A stretch of 64,000 nt of DNA from Bacteroidaceae bacterium. GTDB lineage: Bacteria; Bacteroidota; Bacteroidia; Bacteroidales; Bacteroidaceae. A program made the translations under genes and the position numbers. The notes beneath the pieces were generated by a model, which saw only the letters and a program-made list of their open reading frames with translations, made no database searches and was not told the origin of the DNA. The stretch covers positions 77 through 64,076 of the forward strand of contig JAFUGG010000016.1 in assembly GCA_017469525.1 (NCBI GenBank). Reading direction: 5' to 3'. Positions 58,353 to 64,000 of the stretch are shown here, in pieces (positions within the stretch are counted from its first letter, which is position 1; every line of letters begins with the position of its first letter).

Positions 58353-58712
58353 ATGAACTTATTAGATAAAATCAACGCCCTGCGCGTTGAATCGATAACC
58401 CCAGAGGAAATCAAGGAGACTCTGGGAGTGAGCCAGGACGAACAGGTAGAGAAGATGATGAAGACGGTGCGCCGTCTCAAGTTCAAGGCCAAGGCCGAGC
58501 AAGGCCGTCTCAAGAGCGAACGGGCCGCGAAGCTGCGGCGCATCATCTCCGGCAGGGGCGAGAACTCGGTGCGGCTGCGCTCAAGGATCCAGTCACGCTA
58601 TCCGGCTATGCAGTTCCGTAATCTGGAGCAACTGACCGACGAGCAGCTGGCGCAAATCGCCGACGACCTGGAAATCTTGGAAATCCTGGAGAGCGAGAAT
58701 GAGCAGGGGTAG
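58353..58712 (+). CDS. Small charged helical protein (possible partner or regulator of the ImmA-like peptidase)
   Basis: 119 aa, K/R/E-rich with an acidic tail. Its 3' end overlaps the ImmA-like gene by 14 nt. Confidence 0.5.
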   Translation: MNLLDKINALRVESITPEEIKETLGVSQDEQVEKMMKTVRRLKFKAKAEQGRLKSERAAKLRRIISGRGENSVRLRSRIQSRYPAMQFRNLEQLTDEQLAQIADDLEILEILESENEQG

Positions 58713-59562
58713 CGAGGCGGCCCAGCAAATGCTGGACGAATTCGGCTTAGACAGCGTCATAGACGAGGATCTGTGTGACCTCGTCTATGCACGCGGTCTG
58801 GTGTTTCAGGAAGTGCCGCTGTCGGGATGCGAGGGCAGGATTATTTACAGCCCCTCGGGACAGACAGCGGTGGTGACAGTGAACAGCAACACCCGCTACC
58901 GGCCCCGCAAGCGCTTCTCCATTGCGCACGAGCTGGGACACTATGAACTCAAGCATAACAAGATACATTGTGAAAACGAAGGTACGCTGGACTGCTACCG
59001 CAAAGGCCATCAGGAGGCCGAGGCCAATGAGTTTGCCAGCGAACTGCTGATGCCTGCCGCCTTGTTCGACAAGGCCGTGCAGGGACGGTGCTTCTCTCCT
59101 GCGTTGGTTGAGGAGGTGGCCGAGCAGTTCGGGACGAGCGTTTCCAGCGTCGTCTATCGCTACCTGATGAGCGGCCCCGTGCCTGTGGCAGCGGTCTATT
59201 CCTACTGCGGCAAGGTAGTGTGGTGGCGCAAGTCACAGGGGATGCAGCGGCGGATGATCGACTGGACCGGCCGCGAGGTGCCGCACAATTCCGTGAGCGA
59301 GGAGTGGTTTCAGGACCATACGGTCTATGCCACCAACGATATTCAGGACGTTGACCTGAATGTCTGGTTCGACTTGGGAATGTATCGGACCTATACGCAT
59401 ACCAGTAGCAAACGCTTCGGTATGGAACAGATGGGCATCCGCGGATGGGATAGCTGGGATGAGGCCAAAGAAGATACCTCCACAGGAGAGCCGATGTGTC
59501 ACGAGCACTGCTTCGTGTCCCGCGACTTCGGGAGCGCACTGGCGGTCATCTGGGAGGACTGA
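58699..59562 (+). CDS. ImmA/IrrE-family zinc metallopeptidase
   Basis: FSIAHELGHYELKH (HExxH) and EANEFASELLMP, as in ImmA/IrrE (DUF955) proteins. Confidence 0.75.
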   Translation: MSRGSEAAQQMLDEFGLDSVIDEDLCDLVYARGLVFQEVPLSGCEGRIIYSPSGQTAVVTVNSNTRYRPRKRFSIAHELGHYELKHNKIHCENEGTLDCYRKGHQEAEANEFASELLMPAALFDKAVQGRCFSPALVEEVAEQFGTSVSSVVYRYLMSGPVPVAAVYSYCGKVVWWRKSQGMQRRMIDWTGREVPHNSVSEEWFQDHTVYATNDIQDVDLNVWFDLGMYRTYTHTSSKRFGMEQMGIRGWDSWDEAKEDTSTGEPMCHEHCFVSRDFGSALAVIWED

Positions 59563-59617
59563 GAACGAAAACGTTAACGATAACGAAAGCGAAAACCTTT
59601 GTACAGAAAATGCCATA

Positions 59618-59685
59618 GGTGGAGAAAACCAGACTCTGGGCGGTTAATATAGGAGTGAAGCAGCTTCAAAAACAAGTATTAACCG
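59618..59685 (+). repeat. Copy B of the GGCGGTTAATA element plus a hairpin
   Basis: GGTGGAGAAAACCAGACTCTGGGCGGTTAATA. CGGTTAATA (59641-59649) pairs with TATTAACCG (59677-59685). It lies upstream of the ATG at 59709. Confidence 0.7.
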
Positions 59686-59708
59686 TTTAAAAATAGGAGG
59701 AAACAACT

Positions 59709-60755
59709 ATGGCAAAGATTAGTGGAATCAACACGAAGATCAGTGGTCAGGTGGGTGAGTATTTGTTCCGCCAGACCAAGTATGGAACGATTGTGAGCGA
59801 GGCTCCGGTGCGTAGCTCGACGCCGCGCCGCAGCCAGCTGCAGATGAACACGCGGACGCAGTGGGCGAACCTGGGGGCGATCTACCGCCAGTTCGACGAT
59901 ATGCTGAAGCGGGGGTTCGAGAGTCTGCCGACGGGGATGAGCGTGTACAACGCTTTCGTGCAGGCGAACCTGGGAGTGGTGAAGGTGTATATCACCAAGA
60001 CGATGCGGCTGAACGGCGGCTCGGTGTTGGCACCTTACCAGATTACCCGCGGCACCCTGCCCAGCATCCCGATGGGCCTCAGCACCGACGGCCTGCTGAT
60101 GAGCGGACTGAGCGTAGGCTCGCTGAGCATCGACGCGGCCACCACCATCGGGGCTTTCAGCGAGGCCATCCTCGCGGGTAACTTCGGCTGGCAGGAAGGC
60201 GACCAGCTTTCGTTCTTCCACGGGGTGCAGACAGTGGACCAGGTGACGGGCATCCCCCGCGCCACCATCACCGGCTATCGCGTGGTCATCAACACCGCCG
60301 ACGAGACGCCCCTGTGGGATGTCGTCAATCCCATCGGATTCAGCACCGTGGCCTCGGGCAGCGCAGGCATCAACGTCATCGCCACCAGCCAGGCTATCCA
60401 GAGCGGCGCCGGTGTGTGGGTACACAGCCGCGAGACCGACAGCGGCCTGAAGGTAAGCACCCAGTTCTTCTATGTGGAGAACGCAGCCCTAGCCACCTAC
60501 CAGAGCAGCGCTGCCCAGGTCGCCAGCGCCAACAGCTACGGAGGCATCAACACCAGCCAGGTGTTCCTGCAGCCCAGTGTGAGCGGCAGCAACGGCGTTG
60601 CTAACGTTAACCTTAACGCTAACGATAACCAGAGCGGCAGCGGCTCGGGCACCGATGGAAACGATAACCCTAACGAAAACCAGGGCGGAACTGGTGGAAA
60701 CACGGGTGGTAATACCGGCGGTGACGGTGGCGACGGCGACGATATGAGCGACTAA
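59709..60755 (+). CDS. Hypothetical protein with G/N/D-rich low-complexity tail (possibly DUF6266-like)
   Basis: 348 aa, N-terminus MAKISGINTKISGQVGEYLFRQTKYGTIV, tail NVNLNANDNQSGSGSGTDGNDNPNENQGGTGGNTGGNTGGDGGDGDD. The family assignment rests on my recollection only. Confidence 0.5.
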   Translation: MAKISGINTKISGQVGEYLFRQTKYGTIVSEAPVRSSTPRRSQLQMNTRTQWANLGAIYRQFDDMLKRGFESLPTGMSVYNAFVQANLGVVKVYITKTMRLNGGSVLAPYQITRGTLPSIPMGLSTDGLLMSGLSVGSLSIDAATTIGAFSEAILAGNFGWQEGDQLSFFHGVQTVDQVTGIPRATITGYRVVINTADETPLWDVVNPIGFSTVASGSAGINVIATSQAIQSGAGVWVHSRETDSGLKVSTQFFYVENAALATYQSSAAQVASANSYGGINTSQVFLQPSVSGSNGVANVNLNANDNQSGSGSGTDGNDNPNENQGGTGGNTGGNTGGDGGDGDDMSD

Positions 60756-60850
60756 ACTTCATCTTTCAGAGCGGGTGGGTGGCAACCCTGCCTCCCGCCT
60801 CCCTCTGAATCTTTAGACAGTAAATGTTGAACAGTAAACGCTAAAGGAAG

Positions 60851-61321
60851 ATGAAGTACTTTACGATTAGCGAGATGCTTCACAGCCCGACGGCTGTGGC
60901 TCGCAAGATATGGAACGGCTGTGGCCGCACCGAGGAGGACAACCTCACGGCCCTCATCGAGAACGTGTTGGAACCCACGCGTGAACGCTATGGCAAGGCC
61001 ATCCACGTGAGCAGCGGCTTCCGCTGTCCGCAGCTGAACAGCCTCATCCACGGCGCCACCCAGAGCCAGCACCTTCGTGGCGAAGCCGCTGACATCTATA
61101 CCGACGCAGGCCCGGTGGGCAACCTTGAGGTGGCACGCCTTATCATCGCCTCCGGTTGCTTCGACCAGGTCATCCTGGAGAACGTCCCCGGCAACCAGCT
61201 CCTGCCTCAGTGGATTCACGTCAGCTGGAAGCGCCTCGGAGCCAACCGCCGGGAGATACGCAAGAAGGTCATCGGTAGCAATAGCTACCCTGTGCTGACG
61301 CGAAAGGAGGTGGGCCTATGA
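60851..61321 (+). CDS. Peptidase M15 (zinc D-Ala-D-Ala carboxypeptidase / phage endolysin-like)
   Basis: SGFRCPQLN, the H-x6-D motif (HLRGEAAD) and WIHVSW (third zinc ligand). Confidence 0.75.
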   Translation: MKYFTISEMLHSPTAVARKIWNGCGRTEEDNLTALIENVLEPTRERYGKAIHVSSGFRCPQLNSLIHGATQSQHLRGEAADIYTDAGPVGNLEVARLIIASGCFDQVILENVPGNQLLPQWIHVSWKRLGANRREIRKKVIGSNSYPVLTRKEVGL

Positions 61322-61635
61322 CACTGGATTGGACCAACATTATCCTCGCCGTGCTGACCCTCATCGGAGGCTGCGGATGGATTGTGAACCACCGCAAGTA
61401 CCGTCAGGAAGTACGGAGCCTTCAGGCCGACAACCGGCAGAAGGATATGAACCTGAGTAAGGATTATGTGACCGAGTGGCGCACCTACATCGCTGAGCCC
61501 TTGCAGCGTGAGGTGAACGAGCTGCGGCAGGAAGTGGCCGAGCTGCGGTATGCGATACAGCGTATTAGCGACTGTGCTCATCGCGCTAAGTGTCCTGTGC
61601 TGGAGCAGTTGCAGCGTCAGCCGGAGGGCGAGTAG
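61318..61635 (+). CDS. i-spanin-like protein (N-terminal TM segment plus coiled coil)
   Basis: The TM segment IILAVLTLIGGCGWIV is followed by a heptad-like region, [20 protein letters not shown]. It overlaps the endolysin-like gene by 4 nt. Confidence 0.55.
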   Translation: MTLDWTNIILAVLTLIGGCGWIVNHRKYRQEVRSLQADNRQKDMNLSKDYVTEWRTYIAEPLQREVNELRQEVAELRYAIQRISDCAHRAKCPVLEQLQRQPEGE

Positions 61636-62044
61636 CAGCGAGCGGAGCCTTCGCACGGAGACAGTGACAAGGGATACGGTCTGGCAGCAAGTGGTGGTGG
61701 CCGTCCACGACACCCTTTGCGAGGTGACCACCATCACCCTCCAGCAGAACGACCAGGGCGACACCCTCAAGCTGCTGCAGGTCACAGACCGCACACGCGC
61801 CTCCCGTAGCAGCGACCTACGAGAGAATAAGAAACGAACGGAAGTAAGAGTTGATACCGTGTATGTAGAGAAGCAGTCAGACAACACCGTGGCCGTTGCG
61901 GGCCCTGGAGTAACGGTAGACAAAGACGGAACATTAACCGTGAACCGTTCACCTTTAACCTTTATGAAGTGGCTTTTTGCCATACTATGTGCATTGATAG
62001 TATTGATAATAACCATTAAAGTCTGTTTGCGGAAGGCTCTCTGA
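61550..62044 (+). CDS. Lipoprotein overlapping the previous gene out of frame (o-spanin-like, with an extra C-terminal TM segment)
   Basis: Lipobox context [22 protein letters not shown]. It overlaps the 3' end of 61318-61635 by 86 nt. The C-terminal TM segment is [16 protein letters not shown]. Confidence 0.5.
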   Translation: MRYSVLATVLIALSVLCWSSCSVSRRASSSERSLRTETVTRDTVWQQVVVAVHDTLCEVTTITLQQNDQGDTLKLLQVTDRTRASRSSDLRENKKRTEVRVDTVYVEKQSDNTVAVAGPGVTVDKDGTLTVNRSPLTFMKWLFAILCALIVLIITIKVCLRKAL

Positions 62045-62090
62045 CGAGGGCCTCCGCAGACTGCGTTTACGAGATAAAACACGTTTTAAC

Positions 62091-62228
62091 ATGAAAGGAA
62101 TAGTACTCGCCGGAGGCTCCGGCACGCGGCTTTACCCGATTACCAAGGGCGTTAGCAAACAGTTGTTGCCCATCTACGACAAGCCGATGGTGTATTACCC
62201 CAGCAGTGCGCTGATGCTGGCAGAATAA
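62091..62228 (+). pseudogene. rfbA: Glucose-1-phosphate thymidylyltransferase (RfbA/RmlA), 5' fragment of 45 codons
   Basis: [37 protein letters not shown] is the canonical RmlA N-terminus. The reading frame stops where the wecB leader copy begins. Confidence 0.85.
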
Positions 62229-62256
62229 ACGAAATAAACAATAACGATATACGATA

Positions 62257-62388
62257 ATGAAGAAAGTAATGCTTGTTTTCGGGACACGGCCAGAGGCTAT
62301 TAAGATGTCTCCTTTGGTTAAGGAGTTTCAGAAGTATCCCAAAGATTTAATGCCACAGCACGCTTCAAAATCAAATCCTATTCTATAA
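62257..62388 (+). pseudogene. wecB: UDP-GlcNAc 2-epimerase (WecB), 5' fragment
   Basis: MKKVMLVFGTRPEAIKMSPLVKEFQKYP is the canonical WecB N-terminus. Similarity ends near 62345, and the frame stops at 62388, overlapping the next ATG. Confidence 0.8.
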
Positions 62389-62816
62389 TGGAAGAAACAA
62401 GAGTAATAAGTGATGAAAATCCTAATGATGGAAAACTAGCTGCTGCAGCGCCAGCCGTCAGTAAGGGTGAATACCCCACTTTAGTAGAATTGTCTGAGAA
62501 GGAGCAAAAATCATCAGCAGCCTGGAAATGGGCTATTAGCGAAAATCAAAGACTACAAAAGTATGAAACAAAATACTATGAGTTAGAGGCCTCTTATCAC
62601 AATATACATGAAGACTTTGAGGTGTTCAAGGCAAAGAATAGTAAGAATCCATTACTTGACACAATCTCCTGTATTTTATTTGTGCTAGGACCTTTAGCCC
62701 TTGGATGGCTCACATCTTTAACAGACTGCAATTTAAGACTCCTTATAGGTTTTATTGGAAGTGGTCTACTGGTCGGTGCAGTAATAATAAAAATCGCTCA
62801 ATATTTTAAGTCATGA
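62388..62816 (+). CDS. Small protein with coiled-coil N-terminal part and two C-terminal TM helices
   Basis: 142 aa. The TM helices are ISCILFVLGPLALGWL and LLIGFIGSGLLVGAVIIKI. This is the first gene of an AT-rich three-gene cassette. Confidence 0.55.
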   Translation: MEETRVISDENPNDGKLAAAAPAVSKGEYPTLVELSEKEQKSSAAWKWAISENQRLQKYETKYYELEASYHNIHEDFEVFKAKNSKNPLLDTISCILFVLGPLALGWLTSLTDCNLRLLIGFIGSGLLVGAVIIKIAQYFKS

Positions 62817-63184
62817 ACATAGCTATCGATTATATTAAAAATCCGGGAGATCTTGATAAAGAGAGAATCGTGTTTGCTGTGAAGAATGACGAACAACTTG
62901 GCAAGTATCTTATCGCAGAGAGTGTTTTGACTGAGGATGCTCGTTTTTCTGCAAGAATCAAGAATGTATTTTGGTTCCCCGATCAAGAATTAAAACAAGG
63001 TGATGTTGTTGTCCTTTACACAAAATCAGGCAGTAATAACACTATTAAGAATGAAGATGGAAGTACGACATACTTCTATTACTGGGGACTATCGGAACCA
63101 CATCTTAACGACAATAAACCATGTGTAGTGTTATTTGAGGCAACGTGGGAAGTACGTGCAATTCAAAAATACGAAAACCAATAA
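62813..63184 (+). CDS. Small soluble hypothetical protein (beta-rich; weak lamin-tail-domain-like pattern)
   Basis: 123 aa. It overlaps the upstream gene by 4 nt. The segment ERIVFAVKNDEQLGKYLI...FWFPDQELKQGDVVVLY is only weakly suggestive. Confidence 0.5.
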   Translation: MNIAIDYIKNPGDLDKERIVFAVKNDEQLGKYLIAESVLTEDARFSARIKNVFWFPDQELKQGDVVVLYTKSGSNNTIKNEDGSTTYFYYWGLSEPHLNDNKPCVVLFEATWEVRAIQKYENQ

Positions 63185-63185
63185 T

Positions 63186-63548
63186 ATGGAGATTACACTA
63201 TATGAACGCGATGGTCATCCTGTAGCCTATATTGCTGATGATTTTGAGAATTCTATTTATACTTGGGATGGGCACGCTGTATGCTACATCCTTGACGAGA
63301 AAATCTACGGGTGGAAAGGACATCATATTGGATGGTTTCATCAAGGAATAGTATATGATACACATGGATACAGAGTGGGCTATACAAAGCAAACATGCCC
63401 TTCGGTAACATACGTAGAACCTATAAAGTATGTTAAATATGTAAAGTATGTTAAATATGTGCGTTACATTCCATATATACGACCATTGTTTTCTACTATG
63501 CAAGCATCTATCTCTCTTGCAGATTTTATACGTCAAGATGCAATCTAA
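63186..63548 (+). CDS. Small repeat protein (4-fold beta-flower-like, tentative) with KYV tandem repeats
   Basis: It has repeated G-H-x-V-x-Y units (DGHPVAYI, DGHAVCYI, KGHHIGWF, HGYRVGYT) and then IKYVKYVKYVKYVRYIPYIRP. I chose the start at MEITLY (63186), 2 nt after the previous stop. Confidence 0.5.
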   Translation: MEITLYERDGHPVAYIADDFENSIYTWDGHAVCYILDEKIYGWKGHHIGWFHQGIVYDTHGYRVGYTKQTCPSVTYVEPIKYVKYVKYVKYVRYIPYIRPLFSTMQASISLADFIRQDAI

Positions 63549-63610
63549 ATGAGATTTCCCATTTATAATTCTGCAAGATATTAATATAGAACAAATAAAA
63601 TAATAGCGAT

Positions 63611-63632
63611 ACATGAAAGGAATAGTACTCGC
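63611..63632 (+). repeat. Second copy of the rfbA 5' end (22 nt identical to 62089-62110)
   Basis: ACATGAAAGGAATAGTACTCGC is identical at both sites. Here the reading frame decays immediately (MKGIVLARSIGKRS-stop). Confidence 0.85.
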
Positions 63633-63713
63633 TAGAAGTATCGGCAAACGTTCTTAACCATTAAACGTTTTAAATTCTTCTTGAAATTCTTCTTTCATAA
63701 GAAAAATTTTCCT

Positions 63714-63721
63714 TACCTTTG
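63714..63721 (+). promoter_or_regulatory. Bacteroidota -7 box (TACCTTTG)
   Basis: A TAnnTTTG match lies 41 nt upstream of the ATG at 63762. Confidence 0.45.
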
Positions 63722-63761
63722 CCTTTAATGTTATTCAGGTATAAATTATATAAATCTTTCT

Positions 63762-63962
63762 ATGACAGAACTTAAAAAAATACAGGTAGAACTAACACGC
63801 AAAGGACGGGTAGCCTACGACAGAGCAAAAAGCGATAATAATGCGTATGTCGTTAGAGGAAACGCCATTTACAGAATTTACTCCGATGGCAGAAAAGAGT
63901 TGATACAGTCAATTCCATCCACTAAAGCAAAAGCGATTAAAAAGAGAATTGTTCTCGATTAA
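63762..63962 (+). CDS. 66-aa basic protein (antitoxin-like position)
   Basis: Short ORF behind a -7 box. Its stop overlaps the next ATG (TAATG). Confidence 0.45.
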   Translation: MTELKKIQVELTRKGRVAYDRAKSDNNAYVVRGNAIYRIYSDGRKELIQSIPSTKAKAIKKRIVLD

Positions 63963-64000
63963 TGTCTCTCATGCTAAAAAGACTGAGAATATTTGCGGGA
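63962..64000 (+). CDS. 5' end of a gene running off the window (13 codons: MSLMLKRLRIFAG)
   Basis: The ATG overlaps the upstream stop. RIFAG could lead into a P-loop (G-x-x-G-x-GKS/T), but that part is not in the window. Confidence 0.3.
   Translation, partial: MSLMLKRLRIFAG

Noticed and set aside
63400-63480. Short tandem DNA repeats (AAGTATGTTAAATATGTA...) that could be mistaken for a mini CRISPR-like or satellite array.
   Set aside because: The period is 9-18 nt with no spacers. It lies in frame inside a CDS and simply encodes KYVKYVKYVKYV. No CRISPR array exists anywhere in the window.

Overview
This window looks like a chromosomal segment from a Bacteroidota genome, probably Prevotella or another Bacteroidales. 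The evidence is T9SS C-terminal sorting domains, TAnnTTTG -7 promoter boxes, a UpxY antiterminator, a GxxExxY gene and a tmRNA tag ending NNYALAA.

Layout:
- 0.2-17.6 kb: glycan and amino-sugar metabolism (two GH43, one GH31, nagA, glmM, aminopeptidase P) plus two CotH-family T9SS cargo proteins. One of them is fused in frame to a voltage-gated K+ channel.
- 18.0-27.0 kb: a minus-strand Wza/Wzz/EpsG/GT2 exopolysaccharide operon.
- 27.27-27.67 kb: ssrA (tmRNA).
- 27.8-32.0 kb: a second glycosyltransferase/flippase block.
- 32.6-43.3 kb: housekeeping genes (serine hydrolase, TrmH, calpain-like peptidase, PBP1A, pyrBI, glyA, purU).
- 43.3-64 kb: a highly mosaic capsule locus (integrase remnant, UpxY, fnlC-fnlB-[GxxExxY]-fnlA) carrying several foreign cassettes:
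  - an inverted-repeat-flanked pair of Mfa2-like lipoprotein genes, one broken by a poly-T frameshift;
  - an AT-rich five-gene operon of PtuA/PtuB (Septu-like), a GHKL-ATPase/PD-(D/E)xK-nuclease fusion and two small proteins;
  - a GC-rich module with an ImmA/IrrE peptidase, an M15 endolysin and a spanin-like pair;
  - an AT-rich three-gene cassette;
  - wecB and rfbA fragments that look like recombination scars.

The best candidate for an undescribed system is the 52.68-57.43 kb operon. All functional calls come from motif reading of the translated ORFs. No database search was run.
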